A program made the translations under genes and the position numbers. A DNA stretch of 63,994 bases, filler included, from Lama guanicoe (Eukaryota), in assembly GCA_013239625.1 (NCBI GenBank). It is 93 parts of 93 records of this genome, joined end to end, with 100 filler letters (N's around TTAATTAATTAA, not from the genome) between each part and the next. Parts side by side here need not be neighbours in the genome. Positions count along the whole stretch, not along the records: positions 1 to 493 come from PNXV01029095.1; positions 594 to 1,031 come from PNXV01029096.1; positions 1,132 to 1,877 come from PNXV01029097.1; positions 1,978 to 2,535 come from PNXV01029098.1; positions 2,636 to 3,406 come from PNXV01029099.1; positions 3,507 to 4,060 come from PNXV01029100.1; positions 4,161 to 4,702 come from PNXV01029101.1; positions 4,803 to 5,343 come from PNXV01029103.1; 85 more parts are not named here. One strand, 5' to 3'. The notes beneath the pieces are model-generated. The model had not been told where the DNA came from and made no database searches. It saw nothing but the letters and a program-made list of their open reading frames with translations. Positions 1 through 10,900 of this stretch are shown piece after piece. Position 1 is the stretch's first letter. Every line of letters begins with the position of its first letter.

Positions 1-130
1 ATTGAGTGTGGGTATATTCTCCCTCCTCACTACTCCATACTGTCCCTATGAGAATCAGAAAGGATAAATGAATTGAAAGTCCTTTGAAATATTACAGAGT
101 ACTCTGAGGTCACTTAGTATGATTTGGTTG

Positions 131-480
131 ATAGAATTTCAAAGCTGGAAAGAACTTAGAAATTATCAAGTCAAATTTCTTTCATTCAGTTTCTGTTTCT
201 CGTCTATCACTTGCTGAGAGCCACTTCGTATATCACTATCAAGAGTCTTAAAACAGAAATTGATTTTAATTTTGTTCTTCTGAACTACATCCTCTTTTAA
301 AATTACAAGGAATCACAGTCTGTTCATGCTACAAGGACTTTTTGAGTCATCTCGTCTAATATCTTTGTTTTAATGTGAGGCAATAGCAGCCCCAAAAGAG
401 CAGCTGGCCTAAAATAAACACAGGCCAATGAACTCAGACCTTGCATTAGAACCCAGGTTCCCAGCTCCCAGTCACCCGAT
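131..480 (-). mobile_element. MIR SINE relics (two degraded copies)
   Basis: MIR-like motifs 'agctggaaagaacttagaaattatcaagtcaaa' and 'attagaacccaggttccccagctcccagtc'. Confidence 0.55.
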
Positions 481-493
481 CCTTCCCCATGTC

Positions 494-593
494 NNNNNNN
501 NNNNNNNNNNNNNNNNNNNNNNNNNNNNNNNNNNNNNTTAATTAATTAANNNNNNNNNNNNNNNNNNNNNNNNNNNNNNNNNNNNNNNNNNNN
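494..593. other. Artificial 100-bp contig linker (N44-TTAATTAATTAA-N44); first of about 92 identical copies, the last at 63413-63512
   Basis: N 494-537, TTAATTAATTAA 538-549, N 550-593. The same structure recurs after every fragment, and the palindromic 12-mer gives TAA in all six frames. Confidence 0.99.
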
Positions 594-1274
594 AAACTCT
601 TTGCTCTTGGACAATTACACACGGGAAGGAGCTTGTAGAATATGTACTTTAAAAAATCTCCCCCCTAAAAGAAAAGATAACATTCAGTTCTGAATCACTG
701 AGATGCTTCCCAGAGAATTTACGGGGAACTCTGAACTCTGGGATTCTGTGATTTCAGATTGCAGAAATGATGCTTCCTTAGAAACTCAGACACGTATGTT
801 CTGTTTCGCAAATGGGAGAAAATAATTGCTCTTTGACCACCTTCATTTTCTTTATAACTAAGTTTCTTGTAGTATCTTTGAAAATGTCCACATGCACTTT
901 GTATGTGGTTTTCTGATAATGTAACAGATCTTTTTCATTGAATAGGTGTATTTCTGTCCATTTTTAAATCTGATAGATCTTATTATCATAATTTTCAATC
1001 TTGTCATATGTCATTTATTTATATACTAGATNNNNNNNNNNNNNNNNNNNNNNNNNNNNNNNNNNNNNNNNNNNNTTAATTAATTAANNNNNNNNNNNNN
1101 NNNNNNNNNNNNNNNNNNNNNNNNNNNNNNNATTTATTTCTTAAATCAGTTGTTTGTCTTGGGTTAGACTACAATACTTATCCTCATTGAAAAAAATCTC
1201 TATTTTAAGAGCTATTCAGTTATAGTGTTAGTGACCTACCAGTCATCTAACTCTACATGACATATCTCTGCCAG

Positions 1275-1615
1275 AATTTACTGACTTAAAACACAAACCC
1301 TATATATGTCTATTATTTGGCAATTTGGGCTGGGTTCAGGTAAGTGCTTCTGTGTGTCCTTAGTTGTGGTGACTTGTTTCTGCTCTATGTAGCTTGCTCA
1401 AACGGCAGCTCAGGCAGTCTTCCAAGAGAGAGAGCCAAAGCATGCAAGATGTCTTGAGGCCTGGCACTAAACATCTTGGGCTAGCACTAGAATTCCAATG
1501 AATCTATTGGCCAAAACAAAAAGTCATATGTAAGCCCAGAATCAAGGACCCTATAGAGTTTATACCTCCACCTCTTGTTGGAAGGAGCTGAAGACATATG
1601 GTGAAGCATGTAGTT
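1275..1615 (-). mobile_element. MLT1-family (MaLR) LTR fragment
   Basis: 'gacttaaaacacaaa...gggcaatttgggctgggttcagg...tctattggccaaaacaaaaagtcat...cacctcttgttggaaggagctg' resembles an antisense MLT1 LTR. Confidence 0.6.
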
Positions 1616-2164
1616 ATAGGAAACAGGGAATTGTGGTGACAAGCTTTAGAACATGATAGATACATCTAAGCAACAGGAGACTAATGACAGCTAAGTCCAG
1701 AAGTATCTTCAATGTTAGTTTAGAAAGTTAGGCCTTTATTTGATAACTAATGTTGGCATGCATAATCGATAAACAATCTATAATAAAAAAGAGTTTTATT
1801 TGAGCCAAACTGAGAACCATAGCCCAGGAGACACAGATTCGAAAAGCACCTGAATTATGTTCTGCTGGGCTACAGAANNNNNNNNNNNNNNNNNNNNNNN
1901 NNNNNNNNNNNNNNNNNNNNNTTAATTAATTAANNNNNNNNNNNNNNNNNNNNNNNNNNNNNNNNNNNNNNNNNNNNAGTTCTGTGCTTTGGTACTGTCA
2001 TAGGCAGGCCAGGGAGGAAAAATTATAGAGAAGGTGAATATAGGCAGGATGGCCGGTTCTAAGAGAACTGAGAGTTTCCTGGAAGAGTAAGTCAGCCAAT
2101 ATTTTTTACTCAACCCAGCCACCTGACTAAACTAACATGGACTAAAGACTTTGTTTCAAAGTTG

Positions 2165-2530
2165 CCTAGCTAGGGCTGTCATAACAAAATATGGTGGCTT
2201 AAACAATAGAAATTTATCTCTTCGTGGTTCTGGAGACTGAAGTTCTGAGATCAGAGTAACAGAATAATCAGCTTCTGGGGAGAGTTCTATCCCTGGCATG
2301 GAGATGACTCTTCTCGTTGTATCCTCAGTCGGCAGAGAGACAAAGCAAGTTCTCTGATGTCCCTTCTTATAAAGGTGCTAATCCCATCATGAGGGTCCTA
2401 CTCCCAAGACCTCATCTAAACCTGATTATCTCCCAAAGGCTCTACCTCCAAGTATCATCACCCGGGGTTACAGCTTCAACGTATGATTTTGGGGATGAAG
2501 GGAGAAAGAAACACAATTCAGTTCATAGCA
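2165..2530 (-). mobile_element. MLT1A-like MaLR solo LTR
   Basis: Antisense MLT1 signature: 'gggctgtcataacaaaata...ggcttaaacaatagaaattt...cttataaaggtgctaatcccatcatgaggg...gcttcaacgtatgattttgggg...ttcagttcatagca'. Confidence 0.8.
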
Positions 2531-3634
2531 AATCTNNNNNNNNNNNNNNNNNNNNNNNNNNNNNNNNNNNNNNNNNNNNTTAATTAATTAANNNNNNNNN
2601 NNNNNNNNNNNNNNNNNNNNNNNNNNNNNNNNNNNTTTGAAACACCACCAGGAAATCCCTGAGTCCAGTTCTGCCCTGGCTTCAATAAGGGACTCAGGTG
2701 GAAAACAGAACCACTGCAGGCCCTGCCCAGGTTCGCATAGGGAATGGATCCATCAAGGCCCCAGGCTCACAGTCTTCAGGAGACCCTTGCCCTCAGAACT
2801 GGTCTTCTTCCTTGCTCTGACCTGCTGGTCACAGATCAAGGTATCCTGTCCTGGCTCCACCCTCCAGAGCCTGGATTCTGGGACAGCTTGGCGGTGGTGC
2901 AAGACTCTCATGTTCCCTTAGCTGCCTCTGGGTGAGAATGTCTGAAAAGCTGCACTGGCTGATTTCACAGGTCTGGGTGTTTCCAGCAGGTATGGGGGGA
3001 AGAAAGGGGTGTGAGGTTCCTCCATCTGCAGGGCCTTCCCAGGGTAAAGAGCTGTGCCTTCCCCTGGCCAGTCCACTCCCCACACCATCCACCTAGGAAA
3101 CTCAGATCCAGGAGTATGAGGGCCAAGGCTCTCCCCTTGCTCATCTGTGACTTCCCATTCCCACAGCGAGGAGCCTGTCCCCCACCACCTGCTCCCCACC
3201 ACCTGCCCTTTATCAACTCGTTTCTCTTCCAGGTTCCATTCACAGTGGTTTCAGAATTGTTAGCTACTACAGCCCAGAAAGAACTGTATAATACAAAGCC
3301 CACAGGTTAACAGTGGTCCATTCTGCCTTCGCAGAACTGTTCTGTGTGTTTCCAAAGTTCACTTAGGTCAGCACCCTTTGCCCCACCACCGACTGTGAGT
3401 TTTTCCNNNNNNNNNNNNNNNNNNNNNNNNNNNNNNNNNNNNNNNNNNNNTTAATTAATTAANNNNNNNNNNNNNNNNNNNNNNNNNNNNNNNNNNNNNN
3501 NNNNNNGTGTGTGTGTTATATTTTAGTTTTTATTTTTTTATATTAATGGAATTATGCTCTACATATTTCTCCATAGCTTGTTTTTTCACTAAATAATGTC
3601 TTAGAGATATTTCATGTCAGTGTAGTCCTTATTC

Positions 3635-4060
3635 TTTTTTTTTTTTTAAATTATGGTTTAAAAGAACACATAACATAAAATTTACCATCTTAATCATTTT
3701 TGAGTGCTCAGTTCAGTAGTGTTAAGTATATTCACGTTGTTGTGCTGTGGGTCTCTAGAACTTTTTCATCTTACAAAACTGAAACTCTGTACCCTTAAAT
3801 AACAATTCTTTATTTCCTCCTCCCTTTGGCTCTTGGCAGCAACCATTCTGCTTTCTGTTTCTATGATTTTGATTGCTTTGTATACCTTGTATAAGTAGAA
3901 TATTTGTATTTATCATTTAGACTGACTTAATTTCCTCAGGGTTCATCCATGTCGTAGCATGTGATAGGATTTCCTTCCTTTTCAAGGCTGAATAATACTC
4001 CGTTGTATGTGTATACCATATTGTGTTCATCCATTCATCTGTTGATAAAATATTTGGGTT
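3635..4060 (-). mobile_element. L1 (L1MA/L1MB-type) 3' end, antisense, with a poly-T tail
   Basis: Poly-T followed by 'acataacataaaatttaccatcttaatcatttt...ggttcatccatgtcgtagcatgtgataggatttccttcctttt'. Confidence 0.85.
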
Positions 4061-4160
4061 NNNNNNNNNNNNNNNNNNNNNNNNNNNNNNNNNNNNNNNN
4101 NNNNTTAATTAATTAANNNNNNNNNNNNNNNNNNNNNNNNNNNNNNNNNNNNNNNNNNNN

Positions 4161-4702
4161 GTACTTCTCTCATTCATCTGTCTCTTGCTCATTTCCCCAA
4201 AGTGTAAACAACCGCATAGGGTTTTATTACTACATGTGGAAGCCGAATAGAGCTCGGTATTAAAAAGTTGAGCTTCATTATATTTTCAATGCAGTAATTT
4301 GATGTGGGATAAGATTACCATTTCACAATATAATCCAAAATATATTAATCTGTACAATACATTCCAAATTTGAGTGGCACCATCATTTCTGCCTAGTAAA
4401 TAACCTGGAATGTAATTAAGGGCTTTAACACTGTTGTGTTTACGTTCAGAAAGAGGCCTCAGTGGGCTGTTGAGGAAGGAAGCTGGACTCATCGTAGTAA
4501 CATGAAGTTTGCAGTATTGATTTGGAGGCAAAAATATGGTATGAAGACATTGACATTGTTTACCTTTAAAGAACTAATGACTTTAATTTGTTGCTTCTCC
4601 ATTATCGGGATTCCTTTGTTGAGTCTACAAAATTCAATTCATAGGCCAGCATGCTTCTACTTCGTGAATTTCAAGTCCTCAGATTTAGCCTGTTAATGTA
4701 TT
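4161..4702 (+). repeat. Duplicate contig pair A, copy 1 (near-identical to 4803-5343)
   Basis: Same first and last bases as the next contig; about 11 differences counted by eye over 542 bp. Confidence 0.97.
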
Positions 4703-4802
4703 NNNNNNNNNNNNNNNNNNNNNNNNNNNNNNNNNNNNNNNNNNNNTTAATTAATTAANNNNNNNNNNNNNNNNNNNNNNNNNNNNNNNNNNNNNNNNNN
4801 NN

Positions 4803-5343
4803 GTACTTCTCTCATTCATCTGTCTCTTGCTCATTTCCCCAAAGTGTAAACGACCGCATAGGGTTTTATTACTACATGTGGAAGTCGAATAGAGCTTGGT
4901 ATTAAAAAGTTGAGCTTCATTATATTTTCATTGCAGTAATTTGATGTGGGATAAGATTACCATTTCACAATATAATCCAAAATATATTAATCTGTACAAT
5001 ACATTCCAAATTTGAGTGGCACCATCATTTCTGCCTAGTAAATAACCTGGAATGTAATTAAGGGCTTTAACACTGTTGTGTTTACGTTCAGAAAGAGGCC
5101 TCAGTGGGCTGTTGAGGAAGGAAGCTGGACTCATCGTAGTAACATGAAGTTCGCAGTATTGATTTGGAGGCAAAAATATGGTATGAAGACACTGACATTG
5201 TTTACCTTTATAGAACTAAGGATTTAATTTGTTGCTTCTCCATTATTGGGATTCCTTTGTTGAGTCTACAAAATTCAATTCATAGGCCAGCATCCTTCTA
5301 CTTCGTGAATTTCAAGTCCTCAGATTTAGCCTGTTAATGTATT
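4803..5343 (+). repeat. Duplicate contig pair A, copy 2
   Basis: 541 bp, with a 1-bp deletion relative to copy 1 ('aatgacttt' vs 'aaggattt'). Confidence 0.97.
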
Positions 5344-7145
5344 NNNNNNNNNNNNNNNNNNNNNNNNNNNNNNNNNNNNNNNNNNNNTTAATTAATTAAN
5401 NNNNNNNNNNNNNNNNNNNNNNNNNNNNNNNNNNNNNNNNNNNGCCTCTGGCCTTCTCAGCTCGCCCTCATCTCTCTTGGGCGCCTCCGCCCAGGAACGT
5501 GTAGAGGTGGGAGGAGCTGGGGAGGAGTAGCCTGGGCCATCCTGGTTTCGTGGAACCACTGAACCAGCTGCGGAAGGGACCTCACAAGGGCTCGAGGTCC
5601 AGCCCGCAGACTGGACGGGCCTGGTCACAGCAGCGTCACGAGCGATTGCTGTTTTAGCTTCAGCGGGCTCCGAGGCTCCTGGAGTGCAACGTGGTTTCCT
5701 TCATAACGAGTCTGACAACTCGGAGTATGTGCAGCTGCGCCTCAGTTCAGGCGACCCGACAGGGAGTCAGAAGGACACAGCNNNNNNNNNNNNNNNNNNN
5801 NNNNNNNNNNNNNNNNNNNNNNNNNTTAATTAATTAANNNNNNNNNNNNNNNNNNNNNNNNNNNNNNNNNNNNNNNNNNNNAATAATCTCGATGTCATTA
5901 AACTTTGTTTCCTTTATTAATCCAAGTCAGTGCGACTCGAACTGCATAAAATACTTTACATCTTTATGGATCTTATGCACATAGAGTAAATTCACCTGTG
6001 GCGCTGTGACTGGCATCAGTGAAAAGCGTGGTGCCCACGGAAACTCTTTTTAAAAAAAAACAAAAAACTGACACTGGACCTCACCCCACAGGGGAGACAG
6101 CTGTCCTGTAAAGGCAGAGCAACTGCCTCCCTAGAGGAGGGTATTAACTGTGTCACAAAGTAGTTGCTGTCGTGCTTAACTGTCCATGCACAGCAGCGAC
6201 AGCACACAGAAAGGCCGAAAAATAAGACTGTCTGCAGGAAGCCACCTATGTCAGAATTTTACTTTCCGTTTCAATGCAAATGTGGAAAAGTTAGCAGTCC
6301 ACTTGAGATCTTAACAGCCTTAGATGAAGTGGGGACGGCAGAGGGGACAGCACCCAGGAAGGCTGGCATTGAGTGTGTCCTGCTTGTAGAGTGTTCAGTA
6401 CCCCCGGANNNNNNNNNNNNNNNNNNNNNNNNNNNNNNNNNNNNNNNNNNNNTTAATTAATTAANNNNNNNNNNNNNNNNNNNNNNNNNNNNNNNNNNNN
6501 NNNNNNNNTGAGTAACTAGAGGAAATATAGTATGCTTTCTTCCTAGTTCTAAAAAAAATCACAAGTTTCAAAATAGGAAATCATAATATACATAAAGAAG
6601 AAAAGCTATATCATCTTAAATTATTACAGATTTTAACTGATATTTAATGAGATTTCAAATTTAGAAGAGTCTATTTATGAGACATCCAAATAATTAAACC
6701 TGATACATAGTTTTATGATATACTTGTCTTAAGAAAACTGAAGTGATTAGTCATATAATTACTCTAATGAAACTGAAACTCATTATAAAAAGAAACAAAA
6801 TAAAATTCTTAAGTCTACATTAGGCCAACATTAACAGCAGACAGGCATTACTAATTATGTAGACATTGATAACAAGAAAAAAAACTTCCTCAGAAAGTAT
6901 TGGCATAATGGAAAAGAGACTGGAAAAAACTGTCTTATATGGATAAAAACTGAGTGACAAGTCTTCCAGTTCATATGATTTTCACTAAAATTTATTTTCA
7001 CTGGAAAGCCTAAGATAATTATTTATCAAGCATAAGGCACTCAGGNNNNNNNNNNNNNNNNNNNNNNNNNNNNNNNNNNNNNNNNNNNNTTAATTAATTA
7101 ANNNNNNNNNNNNNNNNNNNNNNNNNNNNNNNNNNNNNNNNNNNN

Positions 7146-7976
7146 CCATGTTCTATAATCCATATTCGGTATTCTTTATTCTATATACTAAATAATGAAT
7201 TCTGATTCCATGTTCTAAATTCTAGGTTCTATATTTTCTATTCGATATTCTATACTTTGGGTTCATCATTCTAAATTCTATATTCTATATTCTGCATTCC
7301 GTAGCCTATATTCTATATTCTGTGTCCTACATTCTATATTCTAAATTCTATATTCAGTATTCTGTATTCTATTTTCTAAATATTGTGTTCTGCATTCCAT
7401 GTTCTAAATTCTGGGTTCTATATTCTATACTCTATATTCTATATTCTGTGTTCTAAATTGTATATTCTAAATTCTATATTCAGTATTCTGTATTCTATTT
7501 TCTAAATATTGTGTTCTGCATTCCATGTTCTAAATTCTGGGTTCTATATTCTATACTCTATATTCTATATTCTGTGTTCTAAATTGTATATTCTAAATTC
7601 TATATTCAGTATTCTGTATTCTATTTTCTAAATATTGTGTTCTGCATTCCATGTTCTAAATTCTGGGTTCTATATTCTATACTCTATATTCTATATTCTG
7701 TGTTCTAAATTGTATATTCTAAATTCTATATTCAGTATTCTGTATTCTATTTTCTAAATATTGTGTTCTGCATTCCATGTTCTAAATTCTGGGTTCTATA
7801 TTCTATACTCTATATTCTATATTCTGTGTTCTAAATTGTATATTCTAAATTCTATATTCAGTATTCCTTATTCTATACTCTATATTATGGGTTCTGCATT
7901 CCATGTTCTAAATTATATATTCAGTACACTATATTCTATATTCTAATTGCTGTGTTAGGCATTCTTACTTCTAAAT
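7146..7976. repeat. Satellite: 7-bp TATTCTA-type subunits organised into a 126-bp higher-order unit
   Basis: 'tattgtgttctgcattcc' recurs at 7381, 7507, 7633 and 7759 (period 126 = 18 x 7). Exact identity holds over about 7335-7866, with diverged units on both flanks. Confidence 0.97.
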
Positions 7977-10900
7977 NNNNNNNNNNNNNNNNNNNNNNNN
8001 NNNNNNNNNNNNNNNNNNNNTTAATTAATTAANNNNNNNNNNNNNNNNNNNNNNNNNNNNNNNNNNNNNNNNNNNNTTCTTTTGTATAGTCAGATAGAAG
8101 TATCCAGAGAGCTCTTAGGATGCTCGGACAAGGAAAGTGAAAACCTTATTATTAATTGATTATAATATATAACTCATAATACTTACAGCGTAAGTGACCC
8201 AATTTTCTAAATGTCAGTTAATAAAGAGTGAACCTTCCAAAGTCTGGGGGTTCAGTTGATTATGATAATATATTTGATATGAGAAACTGAGCTATTCAAA
8301 ATACTACTTGGAGTTCTATTTTATCTATTCCAGAAAGTAGTGTGGTTTGAACAAATGGGGTAATAATGATGTTGATAGTAGTGTAGTAACAGTAGCAGTA
8401 GTAAAAAGAGGAGCCCACATTTATTGTGCATTTCACATGTATCAATTAAAAACATTTAATGTTGGCCTTAAATGTACCTATGAGGGATAGGGTAAGATTC
8501 TGGAGAGAACAGAAGCACATAGAGATTTTTGGTGACCGGCACCTTCTTTTTCTAAAGGAAGTTACCAGTCCTCTCAATACTGGCAAGTGAGCAAGAGTTG
8601 TCAGCTTTGTCTGGGCAGAAGTCGTGGCTGCAGGACGGAGNNNNNNNNNNNNNNNNNNNNNNNNNNNNNNNNNNNNNNNNNNNNTTAATTAATTAANNNN
8701 NNNNNNNNNNNNNNNNNNNNNNNNNNNNNNNNNNNNNNNNAGAAGCTCTGAAATTTATCATTTTTAAGGGAAATTAGGATGAATTACATGGTTCTTCACT
8801 TTGCATCAGTGTTATAGCACAGGATCCTACTTTCTTTCCCTTTTTTGGTAGGGACGGTATATATCACTTAAAAGTACAGGAAGCTGTGAAATGCTTTGTC
8901 ATCATAAGGAAGTTAAAGTACCTACGTGAATAGTTTTTTTTTTTTTTTTGCTATGGCTAAATCGGTTAGTCACATAAAACCCACTGGACCCAAAATTCAA
9001 GCAGTAACAGAAGCCCCAGTAGCCGTGGTCTTTGAAGCTGCAGTGGGTAAAAGCATGGCCCAGAGTGATTGCTGACTCAGGCGGAGTTTGTGTAATTCAC
9101 CCCTGATTGTCAGGTGCCATCTAATGTATTGGGACACTATTGTGAGATCACGCCAGAAGTGAGGTCCCTTAGCAAACTTACATGCAAAGCCAATAGAGTA
9201 TTTTGAAATTGCATACTGAGGAGGAATAACCCAAGCTCTTTGCGTGAAACACTGTCCAGCTTTGGTTAGCCAAAGTCTCTTGCATGTCTCCACCAGATAG
9301 GTTATAAGCTNNNNNNNNNNNNNNNNNNNNNNNNNNNNNNNNNNNNNNNNNNNNTTAATTAATTAANNNNNNNNNNNNNNNNNNNNNNNNNNNNNNNNNN
9401 NNNNNNNNNNAGCCAGTATTTCAAAGGAAGAGTTGAAAAGTAGAGCAAACATCCTTCTCTGGGGCAGAGACACTGGTAGGAGGAGAATAAATAGAAATCT
9501 ACAATCCAGGGACTGATAGAGCAAAACAAGATTTTTTTTTAAAAGAAATATTAAAGTCAATCTTTCAGTAATTCTTATCAAATAGTGAATGAATAGATCT
9601 ACTGGACATTCAGAATATTAAAATGGTCATTTACATACATATATTTGATTATATGTATTAAAAGGAGAATGAAATATAACATAATAATTAATAATTCAAT
9701 ACCAGGAAAAAATGAAAATGGAAAAAGCATGCCCAAAATTAATACAGAGGAATACAGAATGGCTGACTACACCAATAACATAAAACATAATCTGTAAAGA
9801 AAATTGGAGAACCACTCGGGCACTGAGCCTAAATTTTCTGAATCATTAAAGTTTGTCAAAAGTGTACAATTGGATTCATTATGTTCCACAACAGCCTTGT
9901 TCAAAGAAATAAAGTANNNNNNNNNNNNNNNNNNNNNNNNNNNNNNNNNNNNNNNNNNNNTTAATTAATTAANNNNNNNNNNNNNNNNNNNNNNNNNNNN
10001 NNNNNNNNNNNNNNNNGCTTTATAAAATTTGTGTTCTCTGAAATTTCCTTAGTAATTACTAAGTTAAACCTGCTTTCTTTACATAAGAAACCAAAACATT
10101 CAGAGAGCTGAAGTAACTGTTGCCTAGTGTCCAACTGTTAGTATTGCCTGGATCCAGATATCCTATTTTCCAAACTAGATTTTTTTTTCTTTTATAAGAC
10201 CTAGCTCTGATTTGCAAACCTTTGATAATGTAGTTGTATGAAATTATTTTTAACCACCATGTGCAACTAAATAATGGGTACGATTCCTATTGCATGCTTC
10301 TTCCCTTTTTGGCTGTTTACTGTTACCGAATTAAAGTCCGTTGTCAATTTACATAACACTTAGATATCTGAAAACGTCTGCAACAAGGTATGTTTTCATG
10401 AAGTTAAACACTCAAATCAAACACATTAAAAAAACAGTCAGATATCCACATGTCATCTAAATCCACACATTTATGGCATTCTGTGAAGAAGCCCTCCAGA
10501 TTGATGCGTAAAGTTTTTAATCTTNNNNNNNNNNNNNNNNNNNNNNNNNNNNNNNNNNNNNNNNNNNNTTAATTAATTAANNNNNNNNNNNNNNNNNNNN
10601 NNNNNNNNNNNNNNNNNNNNNNNNCTGGTCAGCGTTCAAGCCCACGTGCTTCACTCCCCAGTATTTCAGGCCCAGTTTTTAAAGCTGTATAATGCACACC
10701 AGCCCCATGTAGCCCCTGCTGTTGTCCCTGTGAATAGATTGTGTCACAGCTTTGCAGACTTAATCAGTGGTACTAATCATCTGACCTTGAACCTGGGAGC
10801 TGAGGCTGGGTTCTCGGTGGGCCTGATCCAGTCACAGAGCCCACCGCTGGGCGATGGGGTGTGCTGCCTGCTCAGCTCTGTCAGACGCTGTTAAGGAGAT

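Noticed and set aside
2636..3406. Cluster of overlapping 60-110 aa ORFs and a possible exon after 'tttctcttccag' (about 3233-3305)
   Set aside because: No recognisable protein in any frame and a weak donor; consistent with chance ORFs in moderately GC-rich DNA.
4286..5173. Two near-identical 81-aa ORFs suggesting a tandem gene family
   Set aside because: They only reflect the duplicated contig, start at TTG and show no recognisable homology.
7761..7946. Hydrophobic Y/I/L/S-rich 61-aa ORF
   Set aside because: It is a translation of the satellite repeat.
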